A stretch of DNA of 64,000 nucleotides from Octopus vulgaris (taxonomy: Eukaryota): NCBI GenBank assembly GCA_951406725.2, contig OX597814.1, forward strand, positions 28,830,001 to 28,894,000, read 5' to 3'. The translations under genes were made by a program, and so were the position numbers. This document shows, piece after piece, positions 14,701 through 27,189 of the stretch (the stretch's first letter is position 1; every line of letters starts with the position of its first letter). A model generated the notes under the pieces. It was given only the letters and a program-made list of their open reading frames with translations. It was not told where the DNA came from and did not search any database.

Positions 14701-15225
14701 CTATCTATCTATCCACTCAGTCGAAGTCGACTCTCGGTTACTCGATGAATCAGTGTTCTCCAGCCAGTTCTATTCTGGGTCGCTTTTTTCAGATTGGCTA
14801 TGGCCATTCCCGTGTCACTCTTAATGGTGTCAAGCCAGCGGGTTCTTGGTCGGCCTCTTCCTCTCTTGCTACAGACCAATCCGTGCATGATGTCCTTCTC
14901 CAGGGATTTTCTCAGCATCATATGACTGAAATATGCCCATCTATGCTTGGTGATCCTAGCTTCTAGCGACATTTTCGGCCTGATCTGCTTAAGAACTTCT
15001 CCATTGGTGAGCCTTGCTGTCCATGGAATCCGTAAAAGTCTTCTCCAACACCAAAGCTCGAATGCATTAATTCTCTTCTGATCAGCTTTCTTTAGTGTCC
15101 AGGTCTCGCATCCATATGTTGCTACTGAGAAGACGATTGCATTCACCAATCTGCATTTGGTAGCGAGGCTGATGTCTATACTCTTCCAGACCTTGCTCAT
15201 GCTGACCATTGCCTCTCTGCCTAGT
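14701..15225 (-). pseudogene. RTE-clade LINE 3' end with (GATA)n tail
   Basis: YGCETWTLKK...AFELWCWRRLLRIPWT...RGRGRPRTRWLD. Confidence 0.88.
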
Positions 15226-15424
15226 AAACAGTATATATGAATAGATACATGCAATATATATGAATACATACATACATACACACTCACACATATATACTTA
15301 ATAATTAGGAATTAAATGAATACATACGTGCGTACGCGCGCGCAAGCGTGCTCACACACACACACATACACACACACATTCCTTCTCTGTATCGTTTCAC
15401 TCTTAGTATATGCTCCACCAGCGA

Positions 15425-15750
15425 TGGCGAGTGGCTTAGTGGTTAGGGTATTCGGCTCAAGATCGTAAGGTCATCAGTTCGATTCCCGATGGCGCGTTAC
15501 GTCCTTAAGTAAGACACTTTATTTAACGTTGTTCCTGTCAATTCAGCTGGCATAAAAACGAGTGGGACCTGTATTTCAAAAGATTAGCCTTGCCACATTT
15601 TGTTTCACGCTGAATCTCGCTGAAAACTACATTAAGGTTACGCGTGTCTGGTCTGTGGAATGCTCAGTAACTTGCACGTTGATTTTACAAGCAGACCGTT
15701 CCGTTGAACGGATCAACTGGCGCCCTCGTCGTCGTAACCGACGGAGTGCC
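15425..15750 (+). mobile_element. SINE subfamily B2 (diverged)
   Basis: Similar to 34524-34857. Confidence 0.75.
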
Positions 15751-15860
15751 AATATATGTACTGCCGAAGCAGGTACTATATATCAATGCTCACTTACATA
15801 AATATTTACACAAAGACATCAGCTAATACATGAAATAAAGACATGTATTTGTATATTTTT

Positions 15861-16281
15861 GCAGGAGTGGCTGTGTGGTAAGTAGCTTGCTTACCAACCA
15901 CATGGTTCCGGGTTCAGTCCCACTGCGTGGCATCTTGCGCAAGTGTCTTCTACTATAGCCTCGCGCCGACCAAAGCCTTGGAAGGGGATTTGGTAGACGG
16001 AATCTGAAAGAAGCCCGTCGTATATATGTATATGTATGTATGTATATATGTGTGTGTTAGTGTGTCTGTGTTTGTCCCCCCCCCCCCCCAACATCGCTTG
16101 ACAATCGATGGTGGTGTGTTTATGTACCGTAACTTAGCGGTTCGGCAAAAGCGACCGATAGAATAAGTACTAGGCTTACAAAGAAAAAAAGTCTTGGAGT
16201 CGATTTGTTCGACTAAAAAGCGGTGCTCCAGCATGGCCGCAGTGAAATGACTGAAACAAGTAAAAGAGTAAAAAGAGTAAA
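15861..16281 (+). mobile_element. tRNA-derived SINE family C
   Basis: GCAGGAGTGGCTGTGTGGTAAG head, GGTTCAGTCCC, internal TA/TG microsatellite, (AAAGAGT)n tail. Confidence 0.85.
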
Positions 16282-16694
16282 GAGATGATGTACAGACACG
16301 CCCTCTCACACACGCATACGCACACACACACACATACTGAGATAGAGAGAGAGAGAGAGAAACAGACTGCCAGACAAAAACAGATATATAGACAGTGAGA
16401 GTGACGTGCATCATTACACATGCATACATGATCAACATATACGGTAAGATATCTGGCCACATTGTTGTAGAGTAGATTTCATTTAAACTGAGAAATAGGT
16501 AAAAATGAAACAGCTATGAGTCTATCAATAGTAGTAACAGAGGCAGTAGTTGCAATAGCAACTGCTGCAGCATCAGACGATGTAATAATAGTATGAGAAA
16601 AGAACGAAGAAGAATGATTAGAAGAATAAGAAAGGAGTTTGTGCACTTGTTGGGTCACTGCTCGGGTGTATTGTGAATTCATTTTAGATCTACA

Positions 16695-16994
16695 CTAGCA
16701 GTATCGCCCGGCGTTGCTCGGGTTTGTAAGGGAAATAACTATATAAGCATTTTAGAGAGATACTTCCCTTATATAATAGCAAAAAATGCATTAAAAATGG
16801 GAAAAAATGATGGTAAATTTTTTTCAAATCGTAGACTTATCGTAGACGCGCGCTAATACCCAGAAGGGCTCGATATGAATCACGACTATAAGATACCCGG
16901 TTTTGGTTAAACTGCACCGCAAAATGTGGGAGTAGTTAGGAATCTAAATTGTAGGAGACAGACACTCACACAACTTCACTTTTATATATAAAGA
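16695..16994 (-). mobile_element. Non-autonomous Helitron
   Basis: 5' TCTTTATATATAAAA; 3' hairpin CCCG-AGCAACGC-CGGG followed by CGATACTG-CTAG and T. Confidence 0.85.
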
Positions 16995-17309
16995 AATAAG
17001 TACGTCTTTGCTGGTAGCTGTTATATATATGTGCATATATATATGCATACATACATAATACATACATACATACATACGTACATACGTACGTACGTACATA
17101 CATACATACATACGTACATACGTACATACATACATACATACATGCATACATACATATATATATATATATACGGAGATGTACTTGCATAGCGAGTGACTTG
17201 ATCTGAGATCGTGTGCTGGAACGAAAGCAATTGCAGCGTGGAAGGTGTTGATAAGCCATTTAAGAAACACACAAAACCGTTAGATTCACTTCAACATTTA
17301 AATTTAATA

Positions 17310-17356
17310 TGTCAAAATATTTTCGTCGCTTTGAGACCGCGACCTGTTCACTGACA
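17310..17356 (-). ncRNA. Minimal hammerhead motif with G3:C8 core swap
   Basis: TGTCA-GTGAACA-G-GTCGC(GGTCTCAAA)GCGAC-GAA-AATATT-T-TGACA. Confidence 0.65.
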
Positions 17357-17379
17357 ATGCTTCGTGCTCCAGCTTATGT

Positions 17380-17428
<49 letters not shown>

Positions 17429-17699
17429 CATATATATATTATATAAATATATGCATATTTACATAAATATATGTACATACCTACATATATATGTATATAT
17501 ACATGCATATGTGGGTACAGGACATAAAAAACTTTGAACACAATGACAAACGAAACCATAAAAACAAGAACATAGAAAACGAACTTTTTTCGAACAACAA
17601 AAAAAACAAACAAAGAAACGAGACCTGCAACAAAAAGAATATTCCCCTTCATCAGTTGTCCCTGTTTCATCTACTCCGAGTATCGAAGATAAGGAGATA

Positions 17700-17800
<101 letters not shown>

Positions 17801-17813
17801 GGTATGTATGTAC

Positions 17814-17882
<69 letters not shown>

Positions 17883-18848
17883 CAAGCATACAAACATACA
17901 TGCATACATGCAAACATGTATATGTATGTATGTTCCGATTCTCTGCATTCTCAGTTCAGTCCCGTGCCAATCAATCTTCTCATTCATGCTTTCGGGCTCG
18001 TTAAGAAAAGTAACAACCTAAAGTGTTATGTGTATATATATATATATACACATTTTTTTTTCATTGTATTGTGTATTTCTTTCTTTTAGTATCTGATATT
18101 TGTCATGGATCTTCTATATGTATGAAGCTGTAGATCTTAATTTGCTATTTATTTATATGAAGACCAAGAAATCTTGCAAAACAGAGTTTATTTTAACGAG
18201 ATATCTATTGAAATCACCCGAGGACACACATCTACACCGATACTCATTATTCCACCCGTGAGGGATCGATGCTAGATGGGTCGAAACGATTGCAGCGATC
18301 AATAAAGATTCTCACAGATTCCATCTTCTATCTCTCACATTATATATATGATGGTTGTGCACTCGTAGACCGCTAAGTTACGGGGACGTAAACAGACCAA
18401 CACCGTTAGTCAAGCGATGGTGGGGGACAAGCACAAACAGAAAGACACTCACAGATATATATATATATATATATAAATACACACACACGCGCGCACACAC
18501 ATATATGTAATTATGCATGAATGAATGCATATATGAATTATTTCGTGTGTGTATATCGCGGTAGGAATTCATAACGATTGCGTCACCTTCCAACAGTAAT
18601 ACTACCGGTCATCTGTACTCAGCAGCAGTGATGATACCATAGAATGTCCGTGTTCATTCAGCCTTCATTGTGTACTGAATGAACCCGGACACAGGTCTCT
18701 TTCTCCATCCGCTTTGTTATCTCTGTAACTACTATCAATTGAAAGTGACAGCAGCAGTAATTACTCCGACAATGTAGCAACTATACATGCATTCATACAT
18801 ACATACATACATACATACATACATACATACATACATACATACATACAT

Positions 18849-18904
<56 letters not shown>

Positions 18905-18918
<14 letters not shown>

Positions 18919-19102
18919 TTAGAGACAAAACCACTATTTTGCAAATCAAACAAAGAAAGACTTAATCCAATACATAAAAAAATTTAATTGTAGTGGCGAA
19001 TTTAATTTTATTTAATTTATATTAATTTTTTTATGTATTGGATTAAGTCTTTCTTTGTTTGATTTGCAAAATAGTGGTTTTGTCTCTAATTAATATTATA
19101 TA
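18905..19102. repeat. ~80-bp perfect inverted repeat with a ~40-bp spacer
   Basis: 18905-18984 is the reverse complement of 19024-19102. Confidence 0.9.
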
Positions 19103-19179
19103 ATATTTTACTATAAAATTGGATTCAATCCTAAATCTGATTTTTCCCTGTAAATTTGGATTTATTCCCTAATATTTAT

Positions 19180-19227
<48 letters not shown>

Positions 19228-19324
19228 CGGGAGGCTTTATGAAAATAAACAAAAGACGAAGGCAGGTGGAAAACAAACGAACAATTGTATTAGTATGGCG
19301 CTCAGGAAATATAAATAAAACAAG

Positions 19325-19362
19325 TCTTTAACGTTTCGAGCCTACGCTCTTCAACAGAAAGA
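19325..19362 (-). ncRNA. Minimal PLE-type hammerhead motif with A6U substitution
   Basis: TCTTT-CTGTTGA-A-GAGC(GTAG)GCTC-GAA-ACGT-T-AAAGA, with a palindromic stem III. Confidence 0.7.
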
Positions 19363-19851
19363 TACACAGAGAGAGAAAAACACAGAAAGAAGGAGAGAAA
19401 AAAAATGCGTGCAGTAGCTAACGAATCAACATGGCGATCTGATTTCGGCCAGAGGTCAAAGATCAAACATGAGACGCGAGAGCGAAATAAGGGGAGATAA
19501 TAGGGTTGATAAAAGGGTTGATGGACCAGCTAAAAGTGCGTGGGAGGGGTCTGGATGTGTGTATGTATAGGGTTGGTGTATGTATTAGTATGTATAAGGG
19601 TGTGTGTGTGTGTGTGTGTGTGTGTATGAGAGAGTATTAGTGCGTAAGATTGGTCTGGACGTGCGTATGTATGGGGTTGGTGTATGTATTAGTATGTATT
19701 AGTATGTATTAGTACGTATTGGTATGTATAGGTGTCTGTGTGTGTGTGTGAGAGAGTATATAAGTGCGTATGCGGGTCTGGACGTGTGTATGTATAGGGT
19801 TGGTGTAAGTATTAGTATGTACTAGTATGTATTAGTACGTATTAGTATGTA

Positions 19852-21972
19852 TTAGTTGGTGTGTGTATTAGTATGGCACATCATATGTGATGTGATGTGT
19901 AAAGTCATGTGGTGTAGTGAGGAGAAGAGGGGGAGGGGGAGAAGAGGGGAGAGAAGGGGAGGGGAAGAAGAGGGGGAGGAGAAGGGGAGAGGAGAGGATG
20001 GGGGAGAAGGAAGGGGATGAGGGGGATGAAGGAGGAAAGAGGGAGAGGGGGAGAGAGAAGGGGAGAGAGGGAGTGAGGGAGCAGAGGGAAGGGGAAGAGG
20101 GAGGGAGAAAGAGGGAAGAAGGGAAGGGGAGTAGGGGTGAAAGGATGAAGGACTGAAGAAGTAGGGGTCGGGGGGAGAAAGGATAGGTGAGGAGGGGGGA
20201 GGGGGGTTAGATGAGGAGGGGGGAGAGTTGAGACCAAATGGCGTATAAGAGCGAAGAGAGAAGATTAATTCCTGTTCACGGCGCAAACGGGAATCCGGAT
20301 GGCCTCTGTGTAAGGACAAACCGAACACAGATAGGTGTTGCAAGGAGTGACCGGTGGAGCGGAAATGGCGTGAGACCGGTGTGTCGTTCGCAAGGTGGAT
20401 GTCACGAAGGTGTTCCGCGAACCGGTCAGCCAAGCGGCGTCCCGTTTGTCCGATGTACAAGGAATTGCAGAGGGAGCAAGAGATGCAATAGATAATATTG
20501 CTGGAGGTGCAGGTGAAGGAGTGGATGATGGGATAGGGTCGATGGTGGGTGCTAGTGAGGCGGGTGGTGTTGGAGAGGTAAGGGCAAGTGCGGCAACGTG
20601 GGCGGGAGCAGGGGAACGAGCCGGGTTGGGAGGTAGGGTCAGGGAAGGAGCTATGGACCAAAAGGTCTCGAAGGTTGTGGGCTCGTTTGAAAGAGGGGAG
20701 GGGTCGGTTAGGGAAGAGGTGTGAAGTGGACGGGTCGGACTGGAGATGACGGAAAGCTCGAAGAATGGTGCGTTGGAGACGTAGGGTCGTGGGGTGGTAA
20801 GTGAGGGGAAAAGGGAGGCGGGAGACTACAGGGCGGGTTCGGGGAGAGAGAGCAGATACACGGTCCACGGACCGTGCTCTGGCAAGGGCGGTGTGGATAG
20901 TGGTGAGGGGGTATCCACGTAGGGTGAAGTGGTGAACCATACGTTGAGACTGAGTCTCAAAGTCATGGTCGTCACTACAGAGCCTACGTAGACGAAGGAA
21001 TTGGGAATAGGGGATGGAAAGCTTGGTGTGTTCTGGGTGGGAGGAAGAGAAGTTGAGGTAGGAGTGTGAGTCTGTGTGTTTGTAGTGAATGGAGGTGGTA
21101 AGAGTGGAGTGAAGAATGCTAACCGAAATGTCGAGGAAGGAGACAGAGGTGTTGGAGATAGTGGAAGTGAAGTGGAGGGCTGGATGGAAAGATTGAACGA
21201 AAGAGAGGAAGGAATCTAGATGTTCGCGGGAGAGTGAGGTGGCACCGATAATGTCGTCAATATAACGACCATATAGTTCAGGAGTGGGACCAGTGAAATT
21301 AGAGAATATTTGGGCCTCAACATAGCCAACGAACAGGTTCGCATAGTTGGGGCCCATTCGCGTTCCCATGGCCACTCCCGAGACCTGATGGTAGAACTCG
21401 CCCGCGAACGAGAAGCAGTTCAGAGTAAGGACAAGTTCGGCCAGACGAATGAGTGTGGAGGTGTCAGGTACAGGGTTAGAGCGGAGGTCAAGAAAGTGTC
21501 GAAGGGCCTGCAGTCCTTCGTGGTGAGGGATAACAGTATAGAGGCTTTGGATGTCCATAGTAAAAAGGATTTTGGAGGAGCCGGGAGGAAAGGAGAAAGA
21601 GTTGAAAAGCCGGAGAGCATGGTTGGTATCGTGGATGTGGGAGGGAAGAGATGTCACTAGGGGGGCAAGGACACGGTCGAGGTATTTAGAGATGAGCTCC
21701 GTGGAGCAGTTACAGGCGGAGACGATGGGGCGGCCAGGGTTGTTGGGTTTGTGGATTTTGGGGAGGAAGTAAATGGTGGGGGTACGTGGGGTTCGCACAA
21801 TTAGGTTGGATGCGGTGCGGGGGAGACGGGAGGACGAGATGAGGTCTTGGACAGTAGAGGATACCGTCTGTTGGTAGCTACGTGTGGGGTTAGAGGGCAG
21901 AGGGGAATAGAAGGAGGTGTCATTGAGTTGGCGGAAAGCCTCGGCCCTATAGAGGTCCGCGCGCCACACCAC
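19852..21972 (-). CDS. Penelope-like reverse transcriptase / GIY-YIG endonuclease (N-terminally truncated; C-terminal ~120 aa is CT-rich read-through)
   Basis: RT motifs: PGRPIVS, MDIQSLYTVIPH, GVAMGTRMGPNYANLF, YGRYIDD, SFLD. Cys linker: CSRPRCRTC. Endonuclease: IYCISCSLCNSLYIGQTGRRLADRFAEH...FGLN. Confidence 0.93.
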   Translation of the reverse strand: MVWRADLYRAEAFRQLNDTSFYSPLPSNPTRSYQQTVSSTVQDLISSSRLPRTASNLIVRTPRTPTIYFLPKIHKPNNPGRPIVSACNCSTELISKYLDRVLAPLVTSLPSHIHDTNHALRLFNSFSFPPGSSKILFTMDIQSLYTVIPHHEGLQALRHFLDLRSNPVPDTSTLIRLAELVLTLNCFSFAGEFYHQVSGVAMGTRMGPNYANLFVGYVEAQIFSNFTGPTPELYGRYIDDIIGATSLSREHLDSFLSFVQSFHPALHFTSTISNTSVSFLDISVSILHSTLTTSIHYKHTDSHSYLNFSSSHPEHTKLSIPYSQFLRLRRLCSDDHDFETQSQRMVHHFTLRGYPLTTIHTALARARSVDRVSALSPRTRPVVSRLPFPLTYHPTTLRLQRTILRAFRHLQSDPSTSHLFPNRPLPSFKRAHNLRDLLVHSSFPDPTSQPGSFPCSRPRCRTCPYLSNTTRLTSTHHRPYPIIHSFTCTSSNIIYCISCSLCNSLYIGQTGRRLADRFAEHLRDIHLANDTPVSRHFRSTGHSLQHLSVFGLSLHRGHPDSRLRREQELIFSLRSYTPFGLNSPPSSSNPPPPSSPILSPPDPYFFSPSSFHPYSPSLLPSFSLPLPLPSAPSLPLSPSLSPSPSFLLHPPHPLPSPPSSPLPFSSPSSSPPLLSPLLPLPLFSSLHHMTLHITSHMMCHTNTHTN

Positions 21973-21989
21973 TACAGCTCCACCCTTTA

Positions 21990-22367
21990 CTAGCAGTATC
22001 GCCCGGCGTTGCTCGGGTTTGTTTCGACCCTTTAGAATTGGAATTTTTGAAAAGTAAAAATTTTGCGTTATGTAGCTTGTTATTCTCTTTAAGTGAACAT
22101 TTTTCCGATTAAAATTCAGCGAAAAATGACGACACAGCAGCAGTCAAAAAATCGTAAAAAATAGGGATTTTCATAGAAAAAAGCACCTTTTTGATGTAAA
22201 TAATTTTTGGTGTTAGCATGGTCCGATTTGAATTTTTTTCTTCTACGGAAGTAAGATCAAGCCTTCTTCTATCATCCTCTCAATTTTGGTCAACTTGTGC
22301 CGCAGGGTCTCGGAGGAGATAGTGTTAGTTGAAGGCTACCAAACTTGCCACACACAGACAACTTCAG

Positions 22368-22380
<13 letters not shown>
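21990..22380 (-). mobile_element. Non-autonomous Helitron (different body, same 3' end), abutting the PLE ORF
   Basis: Same 3' hairpin plus CTAG; the 5' end merges into (TA)n. Confidence 0.8.
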
Positions 22381-22403
<23 letters not shown>

Positions 22404-23039
22404 TTATATAAATAAGGATAAGATCGATATTTAAATACGATTTATCAGGTGGCCTGGTGTTGTATGAACATTTAATGTGGTTTTAGGGTCAAGTTTTGAC
22501 TGCTATTTCCAGCGTGGTGGTATCTCTTAGATACCCTAATTATAATATATATAATATGATATAATATAATATAATATAATATAATATAATATAATATAAT
22601 ATAATATATGTACACACACATACATACATGCATACGTATATTATCCTTCTTTTCTCCACCTTCGCCTTCAATACCGTTGTCAGCAGCGGCTTTCCCACAC
22701 GAAGCAAAATGTAAAAATTGAAGCCCTGCAGAGATCGATTACAAGAAAAATAGACGGCATGCCATGCTTTGATTATTAGAATCGTCTCGAGAAACTCAAA
22801 CTTTATCCCTTCCGACGTCTCCGCAGCTGCAATATCATTTGTATAACGTGGAAAATAAATATTTTAACAGCATTGCCCAAATGCTGTTTGTATCAACTTT
22901 AAAATTCACCCAAGGCGTGTCTCCCTGCCATCCGTCCTCTACAAAAATCATACTCTCACATCACAATACTAAGACAGAACTATTTCCCCTCAACCGACCC
23001 TGCTCTTTTTAACGTCATTCCAAGACACGTAAGAGAAGA

Positions 23040-24035
23040 CAATTTGGAAGCTCACTACACAATAAAGTTTTGTTTTAAACTGGGCAAAAATGATACAGAA
23101 ACGTATGAAATGCTCGAAACTGCTAATGGATTAACTTGTATGAGCTGAACATTTGTCTTTCGCTGGCACAAGAGGCCATGTCAAGTAAGTCTACTCTGAA
23201 GCTCATTATGATACCTCTTTTCGACACTAAGGGAAATAACCTCCACAAGGTTCCCTCCGACCAGCCAGTCAATAAAGAGTACCGTAAATCCTCGAGTATA
23301 ATCCGCATTTTCCCCTAAAATTTAAAGGTCACAATCCCTAGTGCGTACTATATACTAGGTTAAAAATGAAAGATATTTTCTAAGCAATGTCCCAGTCTCT
23401 ATTTGCTGTCCGGCAATGTATATTCAAACGCATTTTGTGATGTCGGGCGCGAAAATCCATTAAGCTAAGCCTGAAAGCAATGAAGTCATAAAAGAATCAT
23501 CCATAACTTGCAGTAAGCAACGTTTATTAAAATTAAAATATTCAGAACACAGAATAACATGTAACAAAAACAATTTGCAAACATATTTACATTCCCATGT
23601 AACAGTTAAGAAGATCACCATTATTGTATTACGCATGCGCGGAAGTGTTTGTTCGACTAGGTGCTGCTGGCTTACTTACTCGCGAGAAGGGGTGCGTATT
23701 ATACACAAGGTTTAGGTTTTTCAGCAGTACAGTCCCCTAAAAATCCCCTGCGTATTATACTCAAGGGCGGATTATACTCGAAGATTTACGGTACTTTGTG
23801 GGGGTTTTGAGGGAGTTCAGGAAGGGATTTCGCCACAAAAGGTTAGAACACCTGCACCAGGACAATGAACCTGTTCACAATTCCATCCTGGTAAGCAACT
23901 ACTTGATAGACGTGGACAGCAAACTGTTCCTTACTCTCCCTACAATCCAAGCCATACTATCTATGACTTTTGGTTGTTCCCCAAGCTAAAGGAGACGAAG
24001 GAGGTTCTGACAAGGACCCTGGATATCTTCACTTT
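23040..24035 (+). pseudogene. Mariner transposase remnant interrupted by a MITE
   Basis: IKFCFKLGK..ETYEML; KLIMIPLFD..QPVNKEY|FVGVLREFRK..HLHQDN.PVH. Confidence 0.78.
23282..23791. mobile_element. Tc1/mariner-pogo-type MITE with ~25-bp TIRs and TA TSD
   Basis: TA-CCGTAAATCCTCGAGTATAATCCGC...GCGGATTATACTCGAAGATTTACGG-TA. Confidence 0.85.
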
Positions 24036-24519
24036 ACATAACATACATACACATATATATATGGATTATATATATATATATGTCTCATTTTGTCTCAAAG
24101 TCGTAGGACGCCTGTGTCATTCTTGTTTTTAACCGTTACTGTCTTCAAAAAAGTTTTTTTCGTTTCATGTTCGTCTCTGTTGCGTTTGCATTCTTTCCTT
24201 CTACCAAGCGATCTAATGCCCACAGCTTAGTTTTCCTTGGGGCTGGCCGATTCAGAGCAGATTTCAGAATTAAACAGCCGAAATTTGCAATGATGAATCG
24301 GTTTCTGACTGAAGAATGAAGGCTTTGAATGACCCGTCTGTTTTTCATGTTCGTCCCTTCGTGTATTTCACGTTATTTATATTTATATATGTAAAGTTTT
24401 ATTCTATATATATATATATACATATGACTCACGCTACGAATTGGTAGAGTCGTTTGAGAACTCCCAGTTCAAATCCTACCTGGATCAACTTTCCCGCTCT
24501 AAATGTCTATATGTGATTC

Positions 24520-24750
24520 TTGCTTCTTCTTACTTGCTTCATGCCCTTGTTTGATGGGGCAGGGGTCCCAGAGATGTCATCGTGCGTAAAGCTGACCGTC
24601 TCCACCAATGCTCCCTATCGCTGGGGGTCCCTTGTCAGCGCCTCTGCATTCTCCAATCACGTTAATCACGTCCAGCCATCTGGTGCGGGGCCTTCCATGA
24701 AGTCTCCTCCAGTCTGCAACTGTTGCGCCGAACGAGAATAGTGCCCTGGT
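24520..24750 (-). pseudogene. RTE-like LINE 3' fragment
   Basis: WRRLHGRPRTRWLDVI followed by a simple-repeat tail. Confidence 0.55.
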
Positions 24751-25100
24751 CATCATCATCATCATTGTTCGACCGTTGTCGAGACAATGGACTTTACCAT
24801 GCTACGCCAGACTTCACGGTCCATCATGGCATTACGGAGGTCCTGTTGCTGGATGCCTGTATCCCTGGAGATTACATCAGGGTAGGAGAGTGTGCGCCCT
24901 CTGGTATTGCGAGTAGATGGCTTCCAGAGGAGAAGAGTAGAATTTACTTCTTTTTCAGCTCTACAACAATGTCCAGCAAACTGGACTCTCCTACCTTTCA
25001 CAAGAGATGACACAGGTGGTAGTTTCCCATGTATTTGCATTTTGGTCGGATGGCGCCTCCACGAGAGATTTTGAGCTCTCATAAGGAGGCGAGTGCCCTG
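24751..25100 (-). pseudogene. RTE/RTEX-like LINE 3' end with (TGA)n tail
   Basis: RRVQFAGHCCR...LLLWKP...RGRTLSYPDVI...AMMDREVWR. Confidence 0.72.
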
Positions 25101-26200
25101 GTAGGATGATCTGACAGAAGGCAGAGGACATGTCTGTACTAGTACACGCGTGTGTGTATGTATTCTTTTATTCTTTTTCTTGTTCCAGTTATTTGACTTC
25201 GGCTTATGCTTGAGCACCACCTTGAAGGATTTTAGTCGAACAAATCGTCCCCAAGGTTTATTTTTTAAGCCTTTTACCGTACCGCTAAGTTTGGGGGATG
25301 TAAACTAATCAACACTGGTTGTCAAACGGTGATGAGGTGGGGGGTCAAACGCAGAACAAAGACACGCACACATAAATATACACATACATACGTGTGTGTG
25401 TTTGTATATGTGTATGTTTGTATATGTGTGTGTTTGTATATGCATGTGTTTTTTATGTGTGTGTTTGTATAAACACACACATATATGCATATATAAAGTA
25501 TCTATGTTGATAAGTGCGTGTGTGTTCGGATATATGTGAACATGCGTGTTTATGAATGAATGTATGAATCAGTTATGTACGCGTATGAACATATAAAATC
25601 CATATATGCTCATGTTGAACTATATCAATATTATAGGTCGTTTAATCGACTGGATGAAAAATAAGCCATGAAAACCAATGATTTGCGTATTGTTACGGAT
25701 CACTGGGTTATGTCCGAGTCTACAGCACGATAATAAAATTGATTCTCCAGCTGAACTGAAAACTTGCTACATTTACTTGGAAAAGATGTACTCAAAAGCT
25801 CAACATAATTGAACACAGCGCTGGGAATAAGCTGGTTGGTGTCTATGTCTGCTTGTGACTCTACAGGCGTGGAAAACAATATCAAGGATATAGCACTTTA
25901 CCAAACCATATTCGCTTGCGAGTGACGGCTGACGACAGTTTAGAAAGGCTTACCATGAAAACCCGAGTGGCCCCCATTGATCTCCACTTGATGAAAGTAC
26001 ATACATGCAGACAGGTAGTGGGGGGTGGGGTTGTGGTGTTGGTGGTGGTACAAGTGAGTGGTGAAGCCCTACATACCCAGTTCCCAACATCACGTTGTGT
26101 CAAAGTTACAAGTATGTTTTCCATAGCGATTTCATGTTCGTATAATGTCTCAACCCGTCGTAAGTTGCTCACACGATGCATGTGTGTGTGTGTGTGTGTG

Positions 26201-26584
<384 letters not shown>

Positions 26585-27010
26585 ACGCACTCACGCAAAC
26601 ACGTACGCACACATTACAGTGCCCATTGTATTATTATATCACCCGTATAATTACGCCCATAAACTGTACCAATGTCATGCGTACCACAATACTCATCGTA
26701 TATCACTCGAATAAGTACATACATGCTGACAGGCATTGATATGTAACCGTAAATCGGCTGAGCTATTTATAAACGACGATATATCGCGTGCAGGGCATGT
26801 GGGTGGAAGCAAGTACGAGTGAATTATAAACTGGTACGAATGACAATACATGTGTGCTTGTATGCTTGTAAGCTCGGTATGCATATGTGCATTCTGTTTG
26901 CAGTTATTTACTGCAAAATTCACAAAGCTGTCTATGTGGTTATTCACATTAACCTACTATCAACATTTGCACCCAGATATGTCAGTGTGTGTGTGTGAGT
27001 GTGTGTGTGT

Positions 27011-27071
<61 letters not shown>

Positions 27072-27189
27072 GCTTCTCCTTATACTTCTTGCAGAAGAAG
27101 GGACATTTTTCCAATTTCTGTATATAACAATATATTTGTATTTCTGTTAGGAGCTCTTTGTCTGGGATCAATTGGTTAACAAATACTTT

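Larger units (their letters stand above)
19226..21989 (-). mobile_element. Penelope-like retroelement (probably Neptune-type), 5'-truncated, with 3' pLTR-like tail ending in (TA)n
   Basis: RT + GIY-YIG ORF, followed by a non-coding tail that carries a minimal hammerhead motif. Confidence 0.93.

Noticed and set aside
17640-17690. CTGATGAAGGGG hammerhead-like remnant (similar weak cases at ~5555, ~18255, ~24308)
   Set aside because: Core or stems too degenerate to support a call.
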